A DNA stretch of 64,000 nucleotides from Lama guanicoe (taxonomy: Eukaryota): NCBI GenBank assembly GCA_013239625.1, contig MU053594.1, positions 708,355 through 772,354 of the forward strand, written 5' to 3'. Below are positions 24,401 to 39,400 of the stretch, piece after piece; within the stretch, counting starts at the first letter, position 1, and every line of letters begins with the position of its first letter. The notes under the pieces are model-generated. The model saw only the letters and a list, made by a program, of their open reading frames with translations. It was not told the origin of the DNA and ran no database searches. Made by a program: the position numbers and the translations under genes.

Positions 24401-27400
24401 GGGGTGTATATGGGGGTATGCAAAGGGTATGTATGTACAGGATGTGTGTGAGGGATGAATGTGTGTGGTGTGTGTATATGTGTATCAGTATGTATGGTGT
24501 ATGTGGACCACATGCGTGGTGTGTGTGTGTGATGTACGGGACCTAAGTACACATGATGTGAGCACATGCTGTGTGTGTGTGTGTGTGTGCGTGTGTGTAT
24601 GATATGAGCATTTATGGAGTGAGTGCATGCCGTCTGTCCGTGTGTTTTGTGTCGAATTGTGTGTGTGTCAAGTGTAAGCACGCTCTGGGGAGAGGATGGA
24701 GCCAAGTCGGGGGACATTTCTTTAGCACGTCCTCTAGCACCTACATTGTAGTAGGTCTTCAATCAATATTTGTGGAAGGAAGGGAAAAAGGGATTCTTTG
24801 CCTCACAAGGGCAGACCTCTAAACTCTGTCCCTTTACACTGACAATATTCATGAGATCACACACATCTCTGGCTTACAGTCCTTCATCATTTCAGTCAGG
24901 ACTTCAATCCCCCCTGCATAGAACAGGGGGATCTGATCAGGCTTGGAAAGAGTCTCCAGGAGATTCTTGGCTGTGACGGCTGTGTTCTTTCCCGAATCCA
25001 GCGATTCCTGGGCTTCCTTCTCTTGAAGGTCTGCCTTCTCCCGAAGATTTACCTGATTCAGGTAATCTAGCAAAACAAGAAGCAGAGTCCACAAAAACCC
25101 TAACACATCCACACAAGGAGTAACTTTTTTTTTTTTTTAACGATGAGAGGTTGAGAGGCAGAAACCATTAAAATCATTCAAACTCATCTTCAGCAAGGAA
25201 AATTTTAGGGAGATTGTACAGTATCTACCCAGCATCTTAGACCGTCTTGGGGTTTCAAGGACAACACGGTTCCCAGTCTAGACGGCTCTGATGGAGGATG
25301 GCGGAGAAAAGGAGGAAGGCAGGGCGGGTAAGGAGAGGGTTTGGTTGTGCAGGGCTATGCAAGGTTATGCCTGTGGCCACATGCAGAGAAGGCATGGAGG
25401 GCACCCAGGGCCAGAGCGCAGAAAGGAGGTGCAATTCAAACAAGGGTGTTGGCAGGAAGTCTCACCTTTCACCTGTGTCTGCAGCTGGGGGTTTATTTCT
25501 AAGATCTTCTGATAACACTCGCGAGACTGGAAGAAAGAAACAAGGCCTTGAAGAGTGGCTGGGGGGAGTGGTGATTATAAGAAAGGATGGCCTTCTTCAT
25601 TATTTCCTCCCGGCCTCCCCTGCTTCCCGTGGAGGAGGTGGGCATGGGGAACACAGCGTGCACTTGACATTCTGTTTCAGGCTTCTCTGGTTCTGTGAGG
25701 GCAACGGGCATTGTTTCAAAATTTATTTTAAAAACCAGTGTCAGATACAACCTGTGATGGAAAATAGCCAGTCATAAGTGCTTGTGGCTCATGTCTGGCT
25801 GAGTTAGGAATAATCACAAGGTAAATGCAAAATTCAGGTATGATATTTGCACTGAGAGGGAACAGGAGGCTACCTGTCAGATATGCCCACGGGGAAGAAG
25901 GAAATAATTGAAGCTAGGAACATTGCTGACAGAGACTTGGGGACTGGAAGAGAGAATGACCTATTTAATGTACAGGCTGCAAAGAGCTGGTGAGGAGTCT
26001 GTTCACTGGCCATGCAAGAGTCAACTAGAACACCTGAGAGTCAGGGGCACTCAGTAAGGACACCGTTAGATAGAAGTTTCTAGTAAGGAAGCATTCTCGT
26101 TAGTGGGGCGTGATGCTGGGTTGAAGGCTGTCCTGTCCTCAGGGATATCAATACAACCAGCCACTGAAAGAAAAAGTTCAGGAAAATAAAAAAAAAGGTT
26201 CTGAGATATTGCGAAGGCTCAAGGCTCAGAAGATTAGGATGAAGAAATAAACTGGAGAAAAAATATCACGTTAAAACAGAGAATAGTGTTGTAGGATAGA
26301 CGTATACACATCAAACATGGTAACTTTAATACACTGAATGTTTGTGTCCTTCCAAAATTCATATGATGAAACCTAACCCCAATGACGTATATTTAGGGAT
26401 CCGGAAGGATTTTGTCTTGTTTGCTACTATATTCCTGTCGCTTAGGCCGGTGCCTGGAAGACAGGAAGTGTGCATTAAATATTTGCTGCATGAATTAATT
26501 AACTGAATGAATAAATGAGTAGACAGAATTTGGTGGAGGGGGGAGATTACAGTGTCCTTTTAACTTCTCTATTATTTGACACTATTACAATGCACCTGTA
26601 TTAATTTTAGAATTAAAATCCAATAAAGAATAATTTTTAAGAATGTACAATGGGGGCAATTTCTTTTTAAAAATATACTATCTTATACATGGAATGACAT
26701 CTCACGTTCATGGATTGGAAGCCTTAATGTTGTTCATTTGGCAATACTCCCCAAATTGATCTACAAAGTCAACATGATGCCCATCAAAATACCATTTGGC
26801 TTCTTTGCAGAAACTGACAAAGCTGATCCTGTAATTTGTATGGTAATTCCAGAAATCCAGAATAGCTAAAATCATCTTGAAAAGGCAGATCAGAGTTAGA
26901 AGACTCACACTTCCCAATTTCAAAAGTTACTACAAAGCTACAAGAATCAAGACAATGTGGCAAAGGTTTAAGAATAGACATACAGATAAATGGAATAAAA
27001 CTGACAGCCAGAAATAAACCCAAGCATTTATGATCAATGACCTTTGACAAGGGTGCCCAAATCATTCAGTGGGAGACAGAGTAGCCTTCTCAACAAATGC
27101 TGCTGGGACAACTGATGCCCACACGCAAAAGAATGCAGTTGGATCCCTTCCTCACACTATATACAAAAATTAACTCAAAGTGGATCAGAGTTCTCAATGT
27201 AAGAGCTAAGGCCATAAACTTTTAGGAGAACATAGGAGTAAATCTTGGATTAGGCAACGGTTTCTTAGATTTGACACCAAAATTGTAAGCAACCAAAGGA
27301 AAAAAAATAGGTAATTTAAACATCATCAAAATTAAAATGTTTTGTGCCATGAAATGAAAAGACAACACAAAGAATGGGAGAAAATATTTGCATATCATTT

Positions 27401-30400
27401 ATCCATTAAGAGATTTCTATTCAGAACTTATATTGAATATTATATTACTTTATATATATTATATTTGTATCACTTTATATTGAATATTTGTATATTCAAT
27501 TTATATTCTATTGAATGTATTTATGCTCAATATAAAAAGACAAATAATCTAATGAAAACAAAATGGACAAAGGGTCTGAAAACACATTTCTCCAAAGAAG
27601 ATACACAAATGGCCAATAAGTACTTGAAAAGATTCTCAACATCATTAGCCATCAGGGAAATGTAAATCAAAACAATAAATACACTACTTTACACCCAGCA
27701 GGATGCCTATAAGTCAAAAAGACAAATAAAAGCAAGTACTGTCCAGGATGCGGAGAAATTGAAACCATGCACTGCTGGTGGGAATGCAAGTTGGTGCAGC
27801 CACTTTGGAAAACATACTGGCAGTTCTTCCAAAGGTTAAACATAGAGTTGTCACACGACTGGGCAGTTTCACTCCTCGATATAAAGCCAGGTGGATTGCG
27901 AACATGTGTCCCCACAAAACTTGTACATGGATGTTCATAATAGCCCAAAGTGGAAACAACCCAAATGTTCATCAAGTGACAAATAAATCAATAAAACGTG
28001 GTATACACATACAAGGAAATATTGTTCAGGAATAAAAGATACGAAACACTATATGTATACAACACGGATGAAACTTGCAAACATGATGCTAAGTGAAAGA
28101 AGCTAGTCACGAAAAACCAGATTGTATAATCCTATTTATATGAATAGCCTAGAACAGGCAAACATATAGAGACAGAAGTAGGTTAGTGGTGGCCTAGGGA
28201 TGAGGTGGGGTGGAGGGAAGGGGAGCGACTGCTTAGTGGGAAAGGTGTTTTTAAGGAGGTGACAAAAATGTTCTCAAGCTGATTGTGGTGAAGGTTATGC
28301 AACTCTGCGACTATACTAAAAGCCACTGAACTGTATACTTTCTATAGAGGAATTGTTTGGTATGTGAATTATATCTCAATAAAGGTAATATATTAGTGTG
28401 TGTACATATATCTGCATGGTTAATTTAGGTGATGAGATTACAAGTTAATTTTGTTTTTTCATCTTTTTGCTTATGTCTTTTCTCCCCAGAGATGCTCCTT
28501 CTGGGGCTGAACAAACACTGGTAGAAGATGCTGCAGAAGAGATTCCCATGGCAGGTGGGGCTGTACCAGGTGACACTCAACATCCCTCCCAACTCTAAGG
28601 TCTTAAGATTCACCCTGGAAGACACTAAAAACTGGATTAATATCTCATCCACTTAGAGGAACGTGGTTCTCCTCTGAGACACTCTATAGCACCACTCTGA
28701 AATCAAACAGGTCACTTAACCTTCCTCCACTTACCACACTGTAGTTCTTCAGGGCCAGGTGGGCTTTTCCCATGTGGAAATATGCTTTTGTGCATTTTTC
28801 ATCACACTGCATGAAAGAGAATGACTGATCAGATGGTTCGGAAGATTTGACGTTATCAGCCCCTCCCCCAACCTCCCAGCTAATCGGGTTAGGGCACTGC
28901 TTCGGTTCTCAGGACCGCCACCAGAGTTGACAATTAAGACTTTTCTGTGCTTCTGTGACTGAATTAGTTGATGCCTACAAGGAGCCTGAATGCAGAAGTA
29001 AGCTCTCTATCAAATTAATCAATGATATTTGCCAGTTTTCATTTCCATTTAATGAGACAACCAGGAAACAAACCAGAAACCCTTAGTTTACAAGAGCCCT
29101 TGACCTTGGCTGAACATCAGAATCACCTCAGATGCTCATAAAACTCCTGATGGCATGACTAAACCCCACACCAGTTAAATTACTCTCTTGGGTTGGCCCG
29201 GGGCATCAGTAATTGTTTTTAATCTCCAGGTTACATAAATGCGCAGCCACATTTGAGAACCACCAGTTTGTCAGGTAAGGTAGGAAAATTCATTCTGGGT
29301 AAACAGCCGAGGTTACTATTACATCTTAGTGGGCCTGGGAAGTTCCTCCCTTGAAATAAACCACAACATAGATACTGGGAACTTACATTCCTATCACTTC
29401 TGATCAGGAGGGACGCCCTCTTCAAAACTTAGGACATTCACGGCTGAGACAATACCACTTGCATGGGGTGCCATGCACCTGCCTGCCTCTAATTATTATA
29501 ACTCCAGAGGGAGTGGTCTAGCCCAAAGACATAAACTATAGTTTTAAACAGTCATCTAATTCACTGAATCCCTCTTACATGCAGGGCGTTGTGCCGCGTT
29601 GGATGCTGTCAAGGGTTTAGATGTAAAGAGGTTACGAGTACAAGGTCAGGGGTCTGGAAAGTCCTAGGTGAAGCCGGGTCTGCCTCTCACCAGATGTGGG
29701 ACGTTGGCCAGGCCAGGCAGCTTTTCTGAGGCTCATTTCCCTCATATGCAAAGTGAAGGTCTTAATAGTGTCTCTCTCGGGCTGTGCTGAGAAGGGAATT
29801 CATGTGAAACCGTGTGGCACCAGGTAATGGAGCATAAGCCACTGTTGCTGCAGTTACAGCAGACGTGGTGCATCTCAGGGCAGAAAGGAAAACTTAAAGA
29901 AAAGCTAAAATAACAACAGAAGAGGGAATAATAACTTATATTTGGAGAGGCCTTTATGGATGCATTTTCATGAATGTCATATCCTGATTCGTTGCTAAGT
30001 GAAAGCCAGCACTAACAGTCGTTAATATCAGTGCATTACTGTTCAGTCCTTCCTGCATGGGTAATAGGAATTATCTCATGGAAACCTTATAACAACTCTA
30101 GATACAATTATTACCCACATTTTGCAGCTGAGGAAACTAGGGGCTGGAAAAGATCAAGGTCACACAGATACTAAGTGGAAGACCTGGGATTGAAATCTAG
30201 CTGTTTGACTCCAGGCTCCAAGGGCTTAAAAACTGCACCATATCTCCTTCAGAAAAGCAGTTTGGCGGAAGGAAATCCACACTGAAGAGATACAGTCTAC
30301 TGAAGACATGCTGTGTTTCGGAGGATGCCAAGACAGCCACGTGCAAACGTGCAGGGGGTTGAGGGGGTGGCTGAAATGCAGATGTGAACCACTGGCAGGG

Positions 30401-33400
30401 ATGAGAGCTGAACCCAGGAGAGGAGACGAGAGCTCTGAGGGAGAAACTGCAGAGAGAAGAAAGTCAGGGAGTGAAGCCTGGAGAACTCACAAAGGATGGA
30501 ATCGAGGAGGCAGGAAGGGACAAAGGGAAAGGAACCCCCAGGGCCACAGTTCACAGAAGCCACCTGTTCACCGCACCTTCACGGCCAGGGCCTCAGGGCT
30601 ACAACAGAGGAAAAGGAGCCGAACCTCAGAGCTTGTCCACGCCCCACTGTGCCATCGTGAAGCGGGTGTATTGTGACCACGCCTCCTCGGATACTGACAC
30701 AAAGAGCTGCTAATGGATTTGCTCACTAATAGGCCCTTTCTCCTTTGATGAGGTATCAACCCTCATCAGGATTCTCTCAGGTGAACCCAGATCCCCGTAA
30801 AAGGAAGTCTGCCTTCAGAGGAAGATGTGTTTTATTGTGCAGGAAGTGTTCTGCCATGAAAGAAATGATTCTGATCCTAATTGAAACCAGCTCCGCTCGC
30901 TGCCTTATCTTCCCTGACAAGGAAGATCGGTCTTGAAATATCATCACAGGGGCCTGTCTCTGCCAATTCACAAGTGTCCCAAAATATAAAACTGGCATGA
31001 AAGTACTAATACTATTAACAGTGGGGTGCCGCTGACATTCAGTATTGATATATTACTTTAAAAAAGAGTGAAACTTTTTCTTTAATTCACAGCTTTGATG
31101 TAGAGCCAACTATTGTTAGTTTTTAGAATTCCTTGTGCATATTTTTCCCATCCCTCCAAGTGTTTACCCAATCCCCTTCAATGGGGAGCCTCGCTGGGCA
31201 TTTAATAAGAGTGGCTCCCGGGTGTCAGCGTTTTTCAGTGTCAAGTCTGCTGGGCCCGCTTTGTCTCGGTCTCACTGCTAATTTACATCGTGTATCAATT
31301 AACATTTGGGAGCAGGTCAGTGTGTTGTCCTGAAACAGCGTGTGGGTGTGACGACCTCTTTGGTGCTTTTCAGATCAGAAGAGGCACTCCTGGAAGCCCC
31401 ACGAGGAGATCTTGTTTCTTCCACAGAAGGAATGGGATCTATACCAAGCGATGTCAGGGTTTCAGGTTTCCAGGGAGAGGCTGTTTATCATAAATGGCTC
31501 AGAGCACCGGCCTATGGTTAGGCCAGCATTAGCTGTGTGATCCTGCACGGCTTACTTACTTAATCTCTGAGGCTCGGTTTCCTTGTCAGAAAAATAAGGG
31601 TAACTGTGATATTGAACAGAACAGAATAGGATGTTGTGAGGCCCAAATGAGACAGATCACAGCTAGTGTGCAGTAAATGGCTGTTACTACTGAATCACCA
31701 GAAGAAAACGTCCTTCCCTCTCTCTTCTCTTACAGAATGATAGTAGGGAAAAAAAAATCATGATCAAATAAAGGGACAGAGCGAGCTAGCAGATCTGTAC
31801 TGGAGCCGGAGTGTGAAGAACCCGATGGCCTCAGCTTTGGGCGGTTCTCATCACTTAAAGACGGTCACGATGCAGTGGGACAAGGTTTCCCATACACCGT
31901 GTCTTCCAGCAGATAAAGAAATCAAGCACTCCAGGTGCCAGGTTTGGGGGACCCGTCGTGTTTTATAAACCGTTATTAGCAAAGGTGAGTTTCTAATTCG
32001 CCCATTTCCCTTGTCTACCCTCTCAGTGAAAAGATAAGGAAGCAGGTGTGGCCAACATGCTGTTGTCAAAATGTGCTCTGTTTCGGGCCATGCTCACCAA
32101 GTAGGGGTTAAGTGGTGCCGGACCAGGGAAATCCACGCCGCAGGATAAACCTGGCAGGTGCTCCTGGCACTTCAATTTTACTTGATTATAAATTATTTAA
32201 CATAACATGGCTATATTAAAACAAGCTGATACATTTTACAGAGTGCAGGGCAAAATTTGCAAGGGATTTCTAAGACAAAAACATGTGTCTAAAAAGAAAT
32301 TTCATGCTCTCTGCTTCCATACCTTCCAGGGGCTCCTGTGTGTTCTGTTGGCTCTTCAGCCTGAGAGGCACTGGTTCAGCTTATTTAGTTAAAGCCCCTG
32401 CGACAGAGTAACTTAGGCGGAGCGAGGATCAGCATTATTTAAATATTTAGTCATCAGAAATAATGTTCTTAAGAAGTGACTGTGACACATCTCTTTTAAA
32501 AACTCGGCTAATATTTCCACCAACGGTCTTTAGTTCTCTCCACCTTTGATTATCCGTTTTGGCAGATTTCGGTGGAAATACCACGCCGAGTGAGTGTTAT
32601 ACTGTCTGCCTGAGGCCTGACAAGCCTCCAGGCTGAACAACAGGAAATCTTTCTTCTGATTATTCCTCTACAGAAGGGGGAGCTGTGATGTGTTTCCAAA
32701 CTATCAGAGTGGGAGGGAAAAAAGCAGCAACTGATGAGGGAAAAAATGGCAACACTGCAGACACAATTAAGAAAGAGAAAGAGGCGTTTCCACCACCACG
32801 TGGAGCAAAGCGACTAATAACATAATAGTAAAGGGTGAGCTGCTGTGATAAAACCTGAAAAACCAGTATTAACAGCAACTTGTCTAGAGTACTAACAGTG
32901 AGCTAAGCACCGTGTGCATTATTACAACCCTCACGACAATTCTATTCGAAACCATTTTATAGATGAGGAAACTGAGGCTCAACTGCAGAGCCTAGACCCT
33001 TTCCCACTGTAATATGCCAGCAGCTCCCCTCTGTTCACTTCAGGACTGAGGCCCCTGGCCTGAGCAAGCCCAGCTCCACCACATGGAGAAGGAGATAGCA
33101 TCTTACCTTCAGAGCCCAGTCACAGTCCACCAGTGCCTTCCGGTAGTCCCCAAGTTTGATGTAAGCCTGCAAGGACACAGACGGCTGCTGTTCATACACA
33201 GTTCCATGGCCAGAGGTCTTCATTCAACACAGACAGAGCAGGGGAACAGGAACATGGTGATGAGAGGTAACTGGTCCTTCCCTGGCTCAGCCAGGGTCCC
33301 AGCTCAGGACACGCTCACACTGGGGAGCCACGGAAAGCTTAACAAAAGGATGATTTACAGGGTGAGGGCAGGGCATAGGAAAACCAACAGTGAACAGCTG

Positions 33401-36400
33401 CCTAACAGGAGCTGAGGCCTTCGGGAGAGCGGAAGCCTGGAGAATAAACCACCCCCCATCTCACTTAACTCCTCCTTCCTTCCGATCTCATTGGCTGAAC
33501 CCAAACAGAAGCTAGAAAGCTGGGAAGCCAAGAGGCCAGTCTCCCAGGGTGCAGGGCAGAGAAGGATCTGGAGGGGCAAACAGAATAATACCCAGCACGC
33601 TAACCCCACCTACAAAGGAGGAGCCAGCTTCTGGAGCCTACCCTGCTGGGAATGTTCCAGAAGGAGAACAAATAATAAAGGGAATCAAAAAGACAGATAA
33701 TAACAAGTGTTGGTGAGAATGTAGGAAATCAGGACACTCTTACGCTTGCTGCTGGGAATGTAAAATGATGAAGCTGTTTTGGAAGACAGTCTGACGCTTC
33801 CTCAAAAGATTCGAAACAGAGGTACCGCATGACCCCTAGGTACACAGCCAAGAGGATTATAAGCGTATGTCCACTCAAAAACCTGCACACGCATGTGCAT
33901 AGCAGCGTTACTTATAACAGCCAAAAAGCAGTAGCTCAGACCCATCCATTTATGAATGCGTAAATAAACTGTGGTAGATCCATACAATGACATATTTTTT
34001 GGCAATGACAGGAATGAATTACTGATGCAAATTCCAACAGGGACGGGCCTTGAAAACACTATTAAATGGAAGAAGCCAGACACACATGGACACATACTGC
34101 ATGATTTCATTTATATGAAAAGTCCCGAATAGGCAAATGTATAGAAACAGAAAGTAGACCAGTAGGGGCCATGGGCTGGCGGTGGAGGGGGGACAGGATT
34201 GGGGAGTGACTGCTTAAAGGGTCTTAGGGATGATGAAACAGTTCTAAAATTGGTGTGGTGAGGGTTGCACAGCCCTGTGAATACACTAAAACCCACCAAA
34301 TTGTATACTTTCAATGGGTGAATTGTATATTGTGTCCATTATATCTCAATAAAGCTTTTGCCAAAATATGATTAAGGAAAAGTTCTGCTTTGCACCTTCT
34401 GAGTGCAGTGAGAAGGAAGAGAGACAGGAAACGGGCAGACATTTAAGACTCAGACCATCACCAGGAGCCCTTGGTTTCAAATGCCTTCGGGCTCTCTTCT
34501 GGGATCTCCTAGAACTGGGGAAAATCTTGTAAATCAAGAATTAACTCAGAATTCTGTGATCTACTCAAACCAACCTGACTTAAGAATTTAGCTCACTTAT
34601 AGTTTCATAGAACCATGGTATATAAACAAATGAAAGTCTATTTAACAGCAAGCACTATGGTTACTATGCCCTCTCTAGTCATCACTGCATACAATAAGTG
34701 CTTAATAAATTCTTATCAAGTTGCGCTAAGCAGACTTTAAGCACTCTTCTTTTGGAAAGTTCCCTGAGAAGCAGCAATGATCACCCTGTTGTAAGAAAGG
34801 ACAACCAGGCACCAGGGACCCATCAGTCACTGATGACAGATCCAATGCCAATACTCCACGTACGTTTGCCCATGATCAACACTGTCCCAGGGCACTGTGA
34901 CATTCTGAACAAGAAATCTGATGAGATATTTACATGGACAAGCCCATTATGAGGTTACTGTTATAATTTATGAGAAATCTAAGCATTCAACCAAAATGAG
35001 GAGGGAGCAGGCAATATCCAGCTAGGGAACTTCTGCCAGGGAGCTCTATCCACCAGCAAAAAGGAAGCCGCTGTGCAGAGCTTTCATTAACAGGAGTTCG
35101 GTACTAAATGAAGATGACGACTCTTTGAGTTATCTCTTCCATAAAGCACCATCTTTTCCTCCGGGATTTGGGGGGTTCATTTGAAAGACAGAGGATGTGA
35201 CTAGCACCCTTCTGGACAACCGTAGTCATGATTTCATGACACTGTTACTCAGGATACAGACTCTGAAAAAGTCTAGAAGGGCTTCAACAATTTCTCCACG
35301 CAGGCTTTCGTATTTTCTTTTTCTTTTTTTAAGGCTTAGATCCAATACCCTATAACTTCCCTGTTCTCTTTTGTTTTTCCATACTTTAAAAAGGACTACG
35401 TTCCCAAATGGTGATTAAACTCCTGACTTGTCTAAATTACACCAGTAATCTATTGATCATAACATTAGCTCCAGGAGAAAAACAAAGCGATGGAAGTGCA
35501 GGTTTTCTCTCCAGGAAGCAGCAACACTCCATTCACAGGGTTCCTACTGAGTATTTTGTAACACTGCATGCAAACAGGGAGGCATTTAAAACACAGTCTA
35601 TGGTTCAAAGGGATTCCTAACGCCAGGCAGCACATTTTGTAACCATTTGTCTCTGAGTAAGTGTTCTCTTTGGGGGAGGTGGGAGGAATTGCCTCCCCAA
35701 AGCTTTTCATCCCATTTACTTATTTTCATCCAGTCATTCTTGATGTGAGTCTCCCAAACTAATCAAAGTGCTGCTTCAACTTGAGAACAGTAAAAATGCA
35801 ACTAATTTAGATGAACCAGGGTGTAGACCATCGGAATTAGGTATAAATCTGAATTACATAACATTTTAAAGGCAATTCAATTTCACTGCTTTCAAATAAC
35901 TTCAGAGTAACAAGACTGAACAAGCATCAGTAGGTAAATGTTTTGGAGACCAAATTTGGTGATAAATAAAAAGCAACTATAATTATTATACTAATTGTCT
36001 GCATTTAAATGTCTCCTTTGAAGTGTCAACAGAAACTTAATTCCCTTCAATGGACTTAGTGTGCCTCCGGTGCTACACAACTTAACAAGGACTTACTGAA
36101 CATCTGTTGTAACTAAAGCATTGGGGGAAAGTATATGGCAATTTTTACCCTAAGAAAGTTTTTAATCTTGTTAAGATGATAGAGGGTACATGGCAAAATT
36201 GACCTCTCACCAATGTGTCTACTGATCCTCTTACTTATGGCAATTTTTCTCCACAAAGGGGCTAGGTAAATGACACCTCGACTCTAGTCTGATTGATCCA
36301 AACTGCTGAACTAATGATCTTGTGCTGTGCTTGAATTTATTTATCATTAAATCACTGTCACCACATAGACTTTTTGGCCTGCTGACATCCTGTTTCTTGC

Positions 36401-39400
36401 TTTCAATACTTCCTCAAAATACCAAGGCAGGGCATTCTTAATCTTGAGTTACAGAATTTGGAGCTGATGAGGGCTCCCTTGCGATCTTCTCCCTCTTGTC
36501 AATGACACAGTGTCAAGTCCATCTCACACAGGTCTGGCTGACGCATCCTGACAGTCGGATCATCACATCCATGAATCTGCCAATTTTTCCAGCCTGAGCT
36601 ACAGAGAGCTCTACCGTATACAAACTCAAGTACTTTGCAAAGATAAGGTCACAGGTGACATTGCTGTTTCCACTGAGAACCATCAACCTTGTCCCTTCTT
36701 TAAATAGTAGACAATAAACATCCGGGGGATGGTTTTCACCTGGTGTTCCAGGAGACTGAGCTCGTCTGTGATATCAAATTGAGGTATTAGGGATTTCAGA
36801 AAGTCAGAATTTCTGACAAATTGGCTGGAGGCCCATTAGCTATCCAGGATACCCCAGTCACAGAATCTTAATCAAGGAGGGACTGATACAATGAGTAAGA
36901 AATTAATGGGAGAGTAACGCTTAGTTTAGACAGGCATCAAAAAAGAGGTTGAACACATCCAGTGGCGGCAGAATTCCACTAGTCCCCTTAATACACATGG
37001 GAAGTGCCTGGGTACCACCAGTGCTGTGCTGACTTCTGCAATGGAGAGAACTGATCGTGCGTGGCTGTCCCCAAGCCCTCCTTCAATGATTCCAAGTCGG
37101 TAGCTGAAATCGGACCCCAGTGAGAGTATTTACACCACAGAAATTGGCAAACGCTCCATACAAGTCAGCCTCCCCCACACCCCGGCCAGAGCCAGCACAC
37201 ACCTCTGGTACCATCTCGTCTCATCGGTCTCTGATTTCGCAAGGTTTTGAGCCTACGGTTCCCCAAGAGAAGCCCGTGGACGTGTTCTTGGCTCACTGAC
37301 CTGGGCTCGGTTGGTATACAACACTTTCATGTCCTTCAGTTTCTCCAAACCCTCACTGTAGCGCAAGATGGCCGTTTCGTAATCACCTCTGACAAATGCT
37401 TCATTCCCCTTCTCTTTGAGGGCTAGGAGAACAGAATTTATACTGGTGAGCGCTCCCCATGCCCTGGAAAACTCTTTCAGACTTTATTACCCTGACTTTC
37501 CAACCCTGCTTTGAAAGTCAGAGCTTCCGTCCATCCTGGGGGGGTTAGGGGTGTCACTTACTTCCCTCTACAGATATTTCAGGATTGGTTTCTCTAAGTA
37601 GTCTTTTCTCCAAATCCACCCCAAGCTTTCTAAGTAGCTTCTTAGAAGAAAGGACATGATTTTACCCCAAGGCTCAGAATATTCCAAGCTTGCCATGAAG
37701 ATCAAGTCTACACATTCAATGTCTCATAAAGAGGGTCAAACAACTAATTTTCTAGCAAATATGGAAGCATTCAGATTTGCAGTGCACGTACCACTGGGTG
37801 GTATAAAGTAAGTGCTGAAGGCAGCCTTCTGTCCTGTGAATCTCCCCCACCAAACACGCAACCCTGTCTCTTTCTTTTTCTCTATTTCTCTTCTCCCTTC
37901 TCCCAGCTTTGTTTATTGTTTCATTTTTCTTTTTCACATCTTCGTCTGTGCCTCAGGCTAGCCAGTGGTACCCCACTCCCATCCTTCCTTCCTTTCCAAG
38001 CATCGTTTAGTGCTGCTCAATCTGATCTGCTAAATCCATCCACATGCTTTAGAAAGAGGTTTGACTGTGGGAGCTGACTGAGGGCTATGTCTTCCTGCTC
38101 ACTGCGTGTTGCAGCGGGAACAGGGAATAGACAGCCAGTGGTTCCTGCCTGGCCAGGTCCCACTGCCTCAGGCCCACAAACCCACCCCCCCGGGGATCTA
38201 GACATCGTCAAACATCAGCACAGAGACTCTGAGGCTCTTCCAGCACAAAGCATCCCAGTTATTGGAAAGTGAAGACTGACAATTACCGTCTGCTAAGACT
38301 TTGTTTTCCCTTCTTCTTTTGGCACGTTCCTTTGCATCCTTCTCCATAGATGCCAAGAAGGCCTCTGACAACAGAGTAATTTCAAATATTAAAAAGGAAA
38401 ATCTAAATACTATAATCAGTTCTTTAGCTCAAATTCAGGGGGAAAAAAAGCCACTTGAGAGTTTTAGAGCCACACTTTTAATGCATACACATGTCGGCAC
38501 ATGCTAGCACATGTGTACACACACACACACACACAAACACACACATACACACACAGATTCGAAGGCACCTAAAATGACAGTTTCTTAATTTGACATTAAA
38601 TGGTAAGCTGTGTGATATATTATTATACGCGATGACTATGTCTGTGCTTCAAATTTGAATTATGCCTTTTAAAAGGAGTTTTCTTTGAAGACAGACTTTT
38701 TTTGTTCCACTTAGCATAATGAGCTTCTGAGCTGAGCAACAAAGAAACTGCCTGCATCTCTCTGAGCAGCGGAGGGTAACTGGATGACACAGAGTAACTG
38801 AATTCAGTTTACAAAAGGCTGGCCAGGAGGGCAGAGACAAAAACCTCCCCATGCTGTCCCTTCTGACCACTAGTACCAGCAGTGGGTGATCAGTAGGTAG
38901 TTTTTTGTTCATGGGCTGTTTGTAAGCCCAGAGGCTACAATTTAAGGGTCTGGATGCTACAATCAATAAACACTGATCCTAAAAGAGTAACACACTTTAG
39001 GAAGAGAGATGCTCTCCTTACCTGAGTTTGTTTCATCTGCATTCTGCAGGGCACAGGTTATCATAAAAAAACAAAGAAACAAATTTCAAAAATCACTCTC
39101 TGATGTATATATAGACACAAACCAAGAAAGCAGATCAGTTACAAGTGGGCAGCAGGGTCATTTCCTGTAACCACCCTCACGAAGGGATCAAAATTCAGGG
39201 GGCTTGCTTTAAATCAGATCTGATTATGGGCACAATTGTTCCGGGGCTATGTCTGCAGAAGCAAGGACCCCAACTGTGGCTGTATGAGTTGGAAATATGA
39301 GTAAGTAGAATACATTACCTTATCAGCTTAAAAATGGCCACAAGCACAGTGGATGGAGAGGCCAAATTTTCATTAAAACAAACCCAAAGGGTTGTTTAAA

